From the NCBI GenBank assembly GCA_036564355.1, contig DATCPC010000174.1, positions 1,576 through 65,575 of the forward strand: a stretch of DNA of 64,000 bases. Direction: 5' to 3'. The DNA comes from Gemmatimonadaceae bacterium (GTDB lineage Bacteria > Gemmatimonadota > Gemmatimonadetes > Gemmatimonadales > Gemmatimonadaceae). The position numbers and the translations under genes are program-made. A model generated the notes under the pieces. That model ran no database searches. It was not told the DNA's origin and was given only the letters and a program-made list of their open reading frames with translations. How positions within the stretch are numbered: position 1 is the stretch's first letter; each line of letters opens with the position of its first letter. Positions 54,584 to 63,118 of this stretch are shown here, piece by piece.

Positions 54584-55327
54584 TCACGCCTTCGTGAGCT
54601 CGGCCAGATCGATGTCGAAGTTGGCCTCGACCTTTTGTACGTCGTCCAGCGAGTCCAGCTCTTCCATGAGCTTGAGCAGCGACTCGGCCGTTCTCCCCGC
54701 CACGTGCACTGTCTGCTTGGGGATCATCGAGATCTCGGCCTCCTGCACCACGATCCCCTTCGCCTCTAGCGCGTCCTTCACCGCGTGCAGCCCGGTGGGA
54801 TCCGTGCTCACGATGAACTGATCCCCTTCCTGCGCGAAGTCTAGCGCGCCGCCCTCGAGCGCCGCCTCCATCGTCGCGTCCTCGGCGTATTTCGTCGCGT
54901 CGACGAAGAGCTGTCCCTTCCGCTCGAACATCCAGGCGACCGAGTTGGACGCGCCGAGATTGCCGTTGCCGCGCGAGAGCTTGAAACGCACTTCGGCTAC
55001 CGTGCGCGTGGGGTTGTCGGTGACAGCGTGGATGAGCAGCGCGACGCCGCCGGGGCCGTAGCCCTCGTACATCACTTCGGTATAGTTGACGCCCTCGAGC
55101 TCACCGGTGCCCTTCTTCACGGCCCGCTCGATGTTCTCCTTCGGCATCGACGCGGCCTTGGCGATCTCGATCGCGGTGCGCAGGCGCGGATTGCCGGCGG
55201 GATCGCCGCCGCCCGCCTTCGCGGAGACCGTGATCTCGCGGATGAGCTTCGTGAAATGCGCGCCGCGCTTCGCGTCGGTCGCGGCCTTGTAGTGCTTGAT
55301 CTGTTTCCACTTACTGTGACCAGCCAT
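54584..55327 (-). CDS. YebC/PmpR-family DNA-binding regulatory protein
   Basis: 247 aa from the ATG at 55325-55327: MAGHSKWKQIKHYKAATDAKRG..., the diagnostic family N-terminus. Confidence 0.95.
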   Translation of the reverse strand: MAGHSKWKQIKHYKAATDAKRGAHFTKLIREITVSAKAGGGDPAGNPRLRTAIEIAKAASMPKENIERAVKKGTGELEGVNYTEVMYEGYGPGGVALLIHAVTDNPTRTVAEVRFKLSRGNGNLGASNSVAWMFERKGQLFVDATKYAEDATMEAALEGGALDFAQEGDQFIVSTDPTGLHAVKDALEAKGIVVQEAEISMIPKQTVHVAGRTAESLLKLMEELDSLDDVQKVEANFDIDLAELTKA

Positions 55328-55367
55328 CTCCGTTTTCCGCGCTTGGGCAAGAGGAATATACGAGCGC

Positions 55368-56219
55368 TCAACGATCTGGGTCGACCATGTCCTCGAATCT
55401 GAGCCACTGCTTGTAAAAGTACAGATCGATGTAGGTGGTCGGCCCATGCCGGTTCTTGAGGATCGAGAGCTCCGCCGCGCCCTCCGATCCCGGCACCGGG
55501 TGATAAATCTCCTCGCGGAAGAGACCGAGCACCACGTCCGCGAGCTGCTTGATCGCGCCGACCGCGCCGAAGTCGTGGAGCTGGGGGCGCAGATTGTCGC
55601 GATTGGGCGGAAGCTCCGGGAGATGCGCGGTCACGAGCACGGCGACGTGATTTCGCATCGCGAGCTCCTTGAGCGCGAGCACCGCCTGCGCGTTGTTCTC
55701 GGCCGGCGCGCCGGCGCCGTGGATGTGCTGCAGCGAGTCGACCACGAGCAGCGCGGGCTTCGGCTCGCGCCTCGCCTCCGCGTCGAGCGCGTCGCTTCCC
55801 TCGTGCGGCATGCTCCGCACGACCGGAAGCATGTGCGATGCGCGGACGGCGACGGCGCCGAGCGATGCGCGCGTCTCATCGTCCATCGTACCCGCGCGCA
55901 GCGAGTCGATCGAGGCGCGTCCCTCGATCGCGAGCAGCCGCTCGGTGACGCGATTCGGAGACATCTCACCACTGAGATATGTCACCGCGTGTCCCTCTTC
56001 CGCGGCTCGAAGCGCGATGGCGAGCGCGAGCGCGGACTTTCCCGTGCCGACGTCGCCGCCGAGGACGACGAGATCGCCGCGCCGGAGCCCGCCGCCGAGG
56101 AGGCGGTCGAGGGTGGGGAATCCCGTCGGGACCGTGTCGGCTGCGGGCGCGCCGTCGGCGATGGCATCGGTGCGTTTCAGCAGGTCGGCGAGCCGCGGCT
56201 CGTCGTCGTGTCGCGTCAT
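55368..56219 (-). CDS. DnaB-helicase C-terminal (RecA-like ATPase) domain protein lacking the DnaB N-terminal domain
   Basis: 283-300 aa. Walker A GGDVGTGKS, Walker B LLVVDSLQ, and C-terminus LSILKNRHGPTTYIDLYFYKQWLRFED, which parallels the DnaB C-terminus. The upstream gene stops at 56292, so no longer N-terminus is possible. Confidence 0.8.
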   Translation of the reverse strand: MTRHDDEPRLADLLKRTDAIADGAPAADTVPTGFPTLDRLLGGGLRRGDLVVLGGDVGTGKSALALAIALRAAEEGHAVTYLSGEMSPNRVTERLLAIEGRASIDSLRAGTMDDETRASLGAVAVRASHMLPVVRSMPHEGSDALDAEARREPKPALLVVDSLQHIHGAGAPAENNAQAVLALKELAMRNHVAVLVTAHLPELPPNRDNLRPQLHDFGAVGAIKQLADVVLGLFREEIYHPVPGSEGAAELSILKNRHGPTTYIDLYFYKQWLRFEDMVDPDR

Positions 56220-56291
56220 GGTTGCCAAGTTACGCAAAGGCGAGAGGGCGGCAACAGACCGCGGCAACACACGCCGGCGACTGTGCGCCGC

Positions 56292-56693
56292 TCAGGCGGG
56301 CACGCTTGTGAGGCGCCGGACGACGCCGTCGAGCTCCGCGAGGCTCGCCGCGTCGAGATGTTTGCGCGCGGCGACGATGACGGCGCCGAGTGCATCGGCG
56401 AGCTCCGGGGCGCTGTCGCGCGCGCTCGCGGCGGCGACGCGGGTGAGTGGCGCGCGCAGCGGGCTCGGGATCTTGAGTGAGGCGAACCACCGGCTCGCCC
56501 CGACCGCGCGTGCGGCGCGCAGCGGCACCGCAAGGGGCGCGCCGGCAACGGGCGCGGACAGCCGGGCCGCCATCAGGCACGCGAGGGCTACCTCGCGCCC
56601 ACGCCCCAGCGGCGCGTGGCCCGCGTAGGTCGCGAGCGCGCGAAAGGGGAAAACGATCGGTTCCACGGCGTAGGGCGTAGCCGAAGCGCGCAT
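56292..56693 (-). CDS. Hypothetical protein (133 aa), Ala/Arg-rich
   Basis: ATG-started ORF with GC-rich third positions, directly upstream of the DnaB-C-like gene on the same strand. I recognise no family. Coding status is uncertain in such GC-rich DNA. Confidence 0.4.
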   Translation of the reverse strand: MRASATPYAVEPIVFPFRALATYAGHAPLGRGREVALACLMAARLSAPVAGAPLAVPLRAARAVGASRWFASLKIPSPLRAPLTRVAAASARDSAPELADALGAVIVAARKHLDAASLAELDGVVRRLTSVPA

Positions 56694-56778
56694 TGGTGAA
56701 AGTGAAGGAGATCTGGGAGGGAACGTGGCCGCGTGGAGAGCGTAGATGGAGCCGAAGCGTGCCGCAAGATCGATCGTG

Positions 56779-56809
56779 GGCGGCTCAGTGCGCTGGCCGC
56801 CTCTTTTCC
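56779..56809 (+). terminator. Terminator-like hairpin + T-tract in the 5' leader of the PorX-like gene (possible attenuator)
   Basis: GGCGGC(T)CAG-TGCG-CTGGCCGCC gives a 9-bp stem with one bulge and a 4-nt loop, followed by TCTTTTCC. It ends 22 nt before the ATG at 56831. There is no plus-strand gene upstream for it to terminate. Confidence 0.3.
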
Positions 56810-56830
56810 GTCAAACTACATTGCGTGTAC

Positions 56831-58393
56831 ATGGCACAGCACCCGAAATCGGTTCTCTGGATCGACGATGAGGCTGATCTTCTTGAATCGCACCGTATCT
56901 TCTTGCGGGAGAAGGGTTTCGAGGTAGAATCCGCGACCAACGCGGACGACGCCGTCGAGATGCTCCGGCGCCGCGCGTACGGCATCGTGCTGCTCGACGA
57001 ACAGATGCCCGGCAAGCGCGGTCTCGAAGCCTATCGAGAGATCCGCGAGCTCGATCCTCTTCTGCCGATCATCATGGTCACGAAGAGCGAGGAAGACGCG
57101 ACCCTGAAGGAAGCGATCGGCGTCGACGTGCGCGACTATCTCGTCAAGCCGATCAATCCGCGGCAGGTGCTCGCCGTCATCACGCGCGTGCTAGACGGGC
57201 CGCGCATCCGCCAGCAGGCGATCGCGCGCTCGTTCGTCGAGCGCTTCCGCGCGATCGAGCTGGATCGCCAGGCGCCGCTCGATTGGCGCGGCTGGGTGTC
57301 GCGCTACAGCGAGCTCGTTGAATGGGACGTGAGCCTGGCGGAAGCGCGCGAGCAGAGTCTCTACGATTCGCTGCAGTCGCTGTATCCGGACATGCGCCGC
57401 GAGTTCGCGAGCTTCATGCGCGACGCGTATCCGGGGTGGCTCGCGAATCTCGAGGGCGACCGTCCGCCTCTGTCGATCGACATCGTGAGCGAGTTCCTCC
57501 TCCCGATTCTCGAGCGCAATCGCGCGGCGGTGTTCGTCGTGATCGACTGCCTGCGCCTCGACCAGTGGGCGGTTCTGAGCCCGCTGCTCGCGCCCTTCTT
57601 CGAGATCGAGACCGTGCACCACTTCTCGATTCTACCCACGGCCACGCCGTACTCGCGCAACTCGCTCTTCAGCGGACTGTTCCCGTCCGAGATCGCCGCG
57701 CGATTCCCCGACTGGTGGGGCGAGCGCGAAGATGAATCGCTCAATGCGCACGAGCGCGGCTTGCTCGAGGCGCAGTTCGCGGAGCTCAAGCGCCCGATCC
57801 CCGTGCGCTACGAGAAGATCTCGAGCACCTCGGACAGCGCGGAGCTCGAGCGCCGCGTGTCGAGCGCGATCGCGCGCGAGGGTGTGAGCGCGTTCGTGTT
57901 CAACTTCGTCGATCTTCTCACGCACGGGCGCAGCGAGTCCGCGATCCTGTACGAGGTCGCGAAGGATGAGATCGCGCTGCGGCAGATCACGAAGCAGTGG
58001 TTCGAGCGCTCGGTGCTCTTCACGCTGCTCAAGGATGCCGCGCGCAAGAACATCCCCGTGCTCATCACGAGCGATCACGGCTCGATCCACTGTCTCACGC
58101 CGGCGACGGTGTTCGCGAAGCGCGATGCGACCGCGAATCTGCGCTACAAGTTCGGCGAGGATCTGCGGGCCGAGCGCTCGGAGTATGCGCTGAGGTTCGG
58201 GAACGCCGATGACCTCAAGTTGCCGCGGCGCGGCTCGGGCGCCAACACGCTGCTCGCGGTGGGCGATACGTTCTTCGTGTATCCCACCAAGCTGCGCGAA
58301 TACCAGACGCGCTATCGCGGATCGTTCCTGCACGGAGGAGTGACGCCCGAGGAGTGCATTCTACCAGTGGCGCTCCTCACACCCCGCCGCTAG
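56831..58393 (+). CDS. Response regulator with receiver + PglZ (alkaline-phosphatase-fold) domain, PorX-like
   Basis: Receiver: VLWIDDEADLL...VLLDEQMPGKRG...VKPI. PglZ-like: VFVVIDCLRLDQW, TATPYSRNSLFSGLFP, LITSDHGS. I chose the ATG at 56831, which is in frame with the TTG at 56693. Confidence 0.85.
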   Translation: MAQHPKSVLWIDDEADLLESHRIFLREKGFEVESATNADDAVEMLRRRAYGIVLLDEQMPGKRGLEAYREIRELDPLLPIIMVTKSEEDATLKEAIGVDVRDYLVKPINPRQVLAVITRVLDGPRIRQQAIARSFVERFRAIELDRQAPLDWRGWVSRYSELVEWDVSLAEAREQSLYDSLQSLYPDMRREFASFMRDAYPGWLANLEGDRPPLSIDIVSEFLLPILERNRAAVFVVIDCLRLDQWAVLSPLLAPFFEIETVHHFSILPTATPYSRNSLFSGLFPSEIAARFPDWWGEREDESLNAHERGLLEAQFAELKRPIPVRYEKISSTSDSAELERRVSSAIAREGVSAFVFNFVDLLTHGRSESAILYEVAKDEIALRQITKQWFERSVLFTLLKDAARKNIPVLITSDHGSIHCLTPATVFAKRDATANLRYKFGEDLRAERSEYALRFGNADDLKLPRRGSGANTLLAVGDTFFVYPTKLREYQTRYRGSFLHGGVTPEECILPVALLTPRR

Positions 58394-60243
58394 TGAACGT
58401 CCGCTCGTATCGGCGCATCACTCCGTTCCTGCGACCGCATGCGTGGCGCATGGCGGGGAACATCTTCTTCAATCTCATCGGCGCCGCGCTCGACGGATAC
58501 GCGTTTGCGCTGCTGATCCCGTTCCTCAATGCGCTGTTCGGGCTCCCGGCGCTTCCGATCAAGAGCGGGTGGGTCACCGCGTTCCTGCAGTGGACGATCG
58601 GCTGGCTGCTCGACCCTGCGAATCCAATGGGGTCGCTGCGCAACGTCATCCTGATCCTGCTCGGCACCGTCGCGCTGAAGAACCTGTGCGTATGGGCCGC
58701 CGGCACGCTGGGCGCGCAGCTGCAGGAATACATCACGCGCGATCTGCGCGACGCGGTCTATCGACATCTGCAGTCGCTCCCGATCGGGTGGTTCACGCGC
58801 ACCAAGGTGGGTCAGATTCTGTCGCGCGTGCTCTCGGACACGGAGCAGACGAAGACGCTCGTGACGCAGCTCGTCACGCAGGCGATCTCGGCCGCCGCGA
58901 TGGTGACCATCTACGTCGCGTATCTCTTCGGCATCTCGTGGCGCCTGACGCTGTTGGCGCTCGTTGTTGCGCCCGCGCTCACCTTCGCGCTGCAGCCGCT
59001 GCTCCGAAAGCTGCGCCGCGGATACCGCCGGCTACGCAACGATCATGGCGAGATGATGAGCGTGCTGCAGGAAAGCGTGAGCGGGATCCGGCTCGTGAAA
59101 TCCTTCGCGGCGGAGGGCTACGAGGAGTCGCGCTTCATCAGCGCGAGCCACACGTACTCGCGCGGACTCGTTCGCATGGCAAAGTTCGCGCTCATCGGGC
59201 AACCGATCACGGAGACGCTGGGCACGCTGATCGTGGTGCTGCTGCTCTGGACCGGCGCGAAGTGGGTGCTGGTGGATCACACGCTGCAGGCGTCGCAGTT
59301 CCTCGTCTTCCTCACGTTCGTCATGCGCATGCTGCAGCCGCTCAAGCAGCTCTCGCAGATCCCCGCGATCGCGCAGAACTCCTTCGCGAGCGCGGACCGG
59401 CTGTTCGAGGTGCTCGACATGCCGACGGAAAAGTCGCTCGACCGCGGGACGAAGATGGCGACGAGCTTCGACCGCTCGCTCGCCTTCGACCACGTCTCGT
59501 TCGCGTATGACGAGGGCACCGATGTGCTCGCGGACATCACCTTCACCGCGCACAAGGGTGACGTGGTCGCGCTGGTCGGGGCGAGCGGAGCGGGGAAGAG
59601 CACGCTCGCGGATCTGATTCCGCGCTTCTACGAGCCGACGTCCGGACGCATTCTGCTCGACGGCGTCAACACGCGCGACATCGTGCTGACATCGCTGCGC
59701 TCGCTCACGGGGATCGTGAGCCAGGAGACGGTGCTCTTCAACGACTCCGTGCGCGCGAACATCGCCTACGGCCGCGGCGCGAATTACTCCGATGCGCAGA
59801 TCGAGGTCGCGGCGCGCGCGGCGAACGCGCACGGCTTCATCAGCGAGCTCCCCGAGGGTTACGCCACGCTGCTCGGCGAGCGCGGCGCGCGGCTCTCGGG
59901 CGGGCAGCGCCAGCGCATCGCGATCGCGCGCGCGCTGCTGCTCGATCCGCCGATCCTCATTCTCGACGAGGCGACCTCGGCGCTCGACACGGAATCGGAG
60001 CGGCTGGTGCAGGAGGCCATCGACCGCTTGCTCGCGGGGCGCACCGTGATCGTGATCGCGCACCGCCTGTCGACGATCGTGAACGCGACGGAAATTCTCG
60101 TGCTCGACCGCGGGCGCATCATCGAGCGCGGCACGCACGACGCCCTGCTCGAGCAACAGGGCGCGTACTACCGGCTGCACACTCTCCAGTTCGGAGACAG
60201 GGATTCGCAACCGGTAGAAGAACATGCGCATCCTGTTTTATAG
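58393..60243 (+). CDS. ABC exporter, fused permease/ATPase, MsbA-like
   Basis: Six-TM domain, then Walker [10 protein letters not shown], signature [15 protein letters not shown], and Walker [13 protein letters not shown]. The GTG at 58393 shares 1 nt with the upstream TAG. Neighbouring genes are a glycosyltransferase and a lipid A acyltransferase. Confidence 0.9.
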   Translation: MNVRSYRRITPFLRPHAWRMAGNIFFNLIGAALDGYAFALLIPFLNALFGLPALPIKSGWVTAFLQWTIGWLLDPANPMGSLRNVILILLGTVALKNLCVWAAGTLGAQLQEYITRDLRDAVYRHLQSLPIGWFTRTKVGQILSRVLSDTEQTKTLVTQLVTQAISAAAMVTIYVAYLFGISWRLTLLALVVAPALTFALQPLLRKLRRGYRRLRNDHGEMMSVLQESVSGIRLVKSFAAEGYEESRFISASHTYSRGLVRMAKFALIGQPITETLGTLIVVLLLWTGAKWVLVDHTLQASQFLVFLTFVMRMLQPLKQLSQIPAIAQNSFASADRLFEVLDMPTEKSLDRGTKMATSFDRSLAFDHVSFAYDEGTDVLADITFTAHKGDVVALVGASGAGKSTLADLIPRFYEPTSGRILLDGVNTRDIVLTSLRSLTGIVSQETVLFNDSVRANIAYGRGANYSDAQIEVAARAANAHGFISELPEGYATLLGERGARLSGGQRQRIAIARALLLDPPILILDEATSALDTESERLVQEAIDRLLAGRTVIVIAHRLSTIVNATEILVLDRGRIIERGTHDALLEQQGAYYRLHTLQFGDRDSQPVEEHAHPVL

Positions 60244-61315
60244 CCGGTCGCCGGAGTGGAACGGCAGTGCGCGCGCGCTCGCGGCCTCGGCGCGCGGAAT
60301 GAGCGAGCGGGGGCACAACGTGACCGTCGTGTGCCCGCCGGAGAGCCCGCTCGAGCAGCATCTCGAGTTCGGCGCGTACGAGGTGGTGTCGCTCTCGACG
60401 TTGCTGCCCTGGCCCGTCGCCGCGCTGCGGCTTCGGCGACTGCTTCACGACCGGTTCATCCAGGTCGTCGTGGTGAACGGCGACCGCGAGCAGCTCGTCG
60501 CGGCGCTCGCGACGAGACTCGCCGAGCGGGCGGCGGTGCTGCGACGCGTCGCGATCGGCCACACGCTTCCTCTCTCCGCGAGCGCGCGACTGACATTCCG
60601 CTTCGCGCCCACTGGGTTGCTCTTCGCCTCCGAAGAGGATAAGCGCACCGCGCCGCCCGCGGAGTTGACGCGATTTCCCGCCGCGGTGGTACCGCTCGGC
60701 GTCAACGCGCAGGCGTACGACGCGATCCGCCCCGCCTCGCGCGCGAGCATCGGTGCCCCGGGCGCGGCGCGGCTGCTCGTGTGTGTGTACGATCGCACCG
60801 GTCGCGCACGCGTGGCGACCGTGCTGCGCGTCATCGCGCTCCTCGCGCCGCGACATCCCGAGCTGCGGCTCGCCTTGGTTGGCGCGGGCTCCGATGACGA
60901 GGATTTGCGCATGCACGCGGCCGCGCTCCGCATCACCGGCGCCGTCAGCTTCCTCGGCGAGCGCGACGACTATCTCTCCGTGTTGAGCGTTGCCGATCTC
61001 GGGTGGGTCGTCGCGGACGGCGACAACGCGGTGTACGCGCTTCTCGATCTGCTCGCATCGCGCGTGCCGGTGCTCGCCGAGCGAGGGACGGTGGCGGAGC
61101 AGTACGTGCCGGATGGGATAGCGGGCATATTGCTGCCGCGCGGCGAGGCGCCCGACATCGCGGCGGCGGTCGCGCTGTTGCTCGGCCACGACGACCGGCG
61201 CGCGGCGATGGGCGGCGCGGGGCGCGCGCGCGTGTCGCGCGACTACTCCGAGACGAAGATGATCGATGCGTTCGAGGCCGCCGCGACGATCGCCAGCGAC
61301 CGCGCGCGCTGGTGA
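60224..61315 (+). CDS. Glycosyltransferase, GT4/GT1 family
   Basis: 363 aa. N-terminus [19 protein letters not shown] and a C-terminal GT-B half with an E-x7-E-like region (PVLAERGTVAEQYVPDGIAGILLP). Confidence 0.85.
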   Translation: MRILFYSRSPEWNGSARALAASARGMSERGHNVTVVCPPESPLEQHLEFGAYEVVSLSTLLPWPVAALRLRRLLHDRFIQVVVVNGDREQLVAALATRLAERAAVLRRVAIGHTLPLSASARLTFRFAPTGLLFASEEDKRTAPPAELTRFPAAVVPLGVNAQAYDAIRPASRASIGAPGAARLLVCVYDRTGRARVATVLRVIALLAPRHPELRLALVGAGSDDEDLRMHAAALRITGAVSFLGERDDYLSVLSVADLGWVVADGDNAVYALLDLLASRVPVLAERGTVAEQYVPDGIAGILLPRGEAPDIAAAVALLLGHDDRRAAMGGAGRARVSRDYSETKMIDAFEAAATIASDRARW

Positions 61316-62244
61316 GCGAGCGACGCGGCCCGACGGTCGCGCATCGCGCGCAGTACGCGCTGCTGCGCGCGTTCGCGTGGCTGCTCGGACTGCTCTCGTG
61401 GCGCGGGGCGACGAATCTCGCGGGGAGCATCGGGACCCTGTTCTATTCGCCGCTGGGAATTCGCAGGCGAGTTGCCGAAAAGCAGATCGCGGCGGCGTTC
61501 CCGGAATATTCGTCGCGCGAGGTGCAGCGCGTGGCGCGTGAGAGCTACCGGCACCTCGGGCGCGTGGCTGCGGAGACCGCGCTGTTCTCGCGACTGGATG
61601 GTCCCGGCATTCTCGCGCACATGGAAGGCATTGATGGGCTAGAGCTGTTTGCGCAGCAGCGAGCGGCGGGTCGCGGTGCGATAGTGCTCACCGGCCACCT
61701 CGGCAACTGGGAGCTCGGCGGGGCGGCCATTGCGGCGAGCGGGATTCCCATCGATGTCGTCGTGCGGCTGATGGGCAATCCGATGTTCGATGGTTTTCTC
61801 ACGAGCACGCGGCGTCGACTTGGCATGACGGTCGTGCGCGACCGCGATGCCGTGCGCCACACGGCGCGCGCGCTCCGCGACGGACACGTGATGGCGTTCC
61901 TGCTCGATCAATCCGGCCTGCACATCGCCTCGAGCTTCGTCCCGTTTTTCGGACGACCGGCGAAGACGCCGCGCGGCCCCGCGGTGCTCGCGCTGCGGCT
62001 CGCGGTGCCGGTGTTCTTCGGCGTCAGCCTGCGGTTGCCCGACGGCCGGTATCACCTTCACATTCGCGAGATCGTGACCGAGCGCACGGGCGACACCGAC
62101 CGGGATGTGGACGCGATTCTCAACGAGTACTCGCGCGTGCTCGAGCACTTCGTGCGGCAGGCGCCGGAGCAATATTTCTGGCAGCATCGCCGCTGGAAGC
62201 GCCAGCCCGCGAGCACGCCACCCGAGCTCCGCGACCCGGTATGA
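61312..62244 (+). CDS. Lipid A biosynthesis (Kdo)2-lipid IVA acyltransferase family protein (LpxL/HtrB type)
   Basis: The GTG at 61312 overlaps the glycosyltransferase stop (GTGA). Motifs seen: YALLRAFAWLLGLLS, LTGHLGNWELGG, and QAPEQYFWQHRRWK, the typical family C-terminus. Confidence 0.85.
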   Translation: MSERRGPTVAHRAQYALLRAFAWLLGLLSWRGATNLAGSIGTLFYSPLGIRRRVAEKQIAAAFPEYSSREVQRVARESYRHLGRVAAETALFSRLDGPGILAHMEGIDGLELFAQQRAAGRGAIVLTGHLGNWELGGAAIAASGIPIDVVVRLMGNPMFDGFLTSTRRRLGMTVVRDRDAVRHTARALRDGHVMAFLLDQSGLHIASSFVPFFGRPAKTPRGPAVLALRLAVPVFFGVSLRLPDGRYHLHIREIVTERTGDTDRDVDAILNEYSRVLEHFVRQAPEQYFWQHRRWKRQPASTPPELRDPV

Positions 62245-62280
62245 ACGCACTCGAGCTCCGCGACCCGGTATGAACGCACT
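62223..62280. repeat. Perfect 29-bp tandem duplication (2 copies) spanning a stop/start gene junction
   Basis: CGAGCTCCGCGACCCGGTATGAACGCACT occurs at 62223-62251 and again at 62252-62280. Each copy carries the ATGA stop/start overlap. Confidence 0.95.
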
Positions 62281-63118
62281 GTTGTGGCGGAAGCTGCGGG
62301 CAGATCGCCGCGCGATGTTGGGGCTCGGCGCCATCGGGTTGATGGTGGTGCTCGCGATTCTCGCTCCCCTTGTGTCGCGATGGGACCCGACCGGTATCGC
62401 GCTCGCGAACCAGCTGCAGCCGCCGTCATCCGCGCACTGGCTCGGCACGGACCTGCAGGGGCGCGATGTATGGGCGCGTCTGGTGTATGGCGCGCGCATC
62501 TCGCTCTCGGTCGGCTTTCTCTCGCAGGGGATCTCGCTCGCGATCGGCCTCTCGCTGGGGCTCATCTCCGGATTCTACGGCAGGTGGGTGGACGAGGCGG
62601 TGATGCGCCTCGCCGACGTCACGCTCGCCTTTCCGTCGCTGCTGCTGCTCATCGCACTCGCGGCCGCGTTCGAGCCATCGCTCACCACCGTGCTCGTGAC
62701 GATTGGCGTCGTCGGGTGGGCGGGGATGGCGCGCATCGTTCGCGGACAGGTGCTCGTGGTGCGGCAGCTCGAGTACGTGCAGGCGGCGCGCGCGCTTGGC
62801 GAGCGCGACTACCGTATCATCACGCGGCACCTGCTGCCGAACGTCATCGCGCCCGTTGTCATCGCGGCGACGCTGGGTGTCGCCGGCGCGATCATGGCCG
62901 AGGCGGCGCTATCCTTCCTGGGGCTCGGTGTGCAGCCGCCGACGCCGAGTTGGGGGTCGATGATCGCGGATGGGCGCGATCTCGAACAGCTGCGGCACGC
63001 GCCGTGGACCTCGCTCAGCCCCGGTCTCGCGATCGGAGCCGCGGTACTCGGCTTCAACCTGCTCGGCGACGCGCTTCGCGATGCGCTCGACCCGCGCGCA
63101 CTCGAGGGACGTACATGA
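62270..63118 (+). CDS. ABC transporter permease, peptide/nickel (DppC/OppC) type
   Basis: The ATG at 62270 begins MNALLWRKLRADRRAMLGLGAIGLMVV... Family features: HWLGTDLQGRDVWARLVYGARISL and the EAA loop YVQAARALGERDYRIITRHLLPN. Confidence 0.9.
   Translation: MNALLWRKLRADRRAMLGLGAIGLMVVLAILAPLVSRWDPTGIALANQLQPPSSAHWLGTDLQGRDVWARLVYGARISLSVGFLSQGISLAIGLSLGLISGFYGRWVDEAVMRLADVTLAFPSLLLLIALAAAFEPSLTTVLVTIGVVGWAGMARIVRGQVLVVRQLEYVQAARALGERDYRIITRHLLPNVIAPVVIAATLGVAGAIMAEAALSFLGLGVQPPTPSWGSMIADGRDLEQLRHAPWTSLSPGLAIGAAVLGFNLLGDALRDALDPRALEGRT

Noticed and set aside
56831-58393. The PglZ domain as a marker of a BREX/Pgl phage-defence system.
   Set aside because: No PglX methyltransferase, BrxC/PglY ATPase, BrxL/Lon or BrxA/B genes are nearby. 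The PglZ domain is fused to a CheY receiver, which is the PorX-type regulator architecture. The neighbours are LPS/envelope genes.
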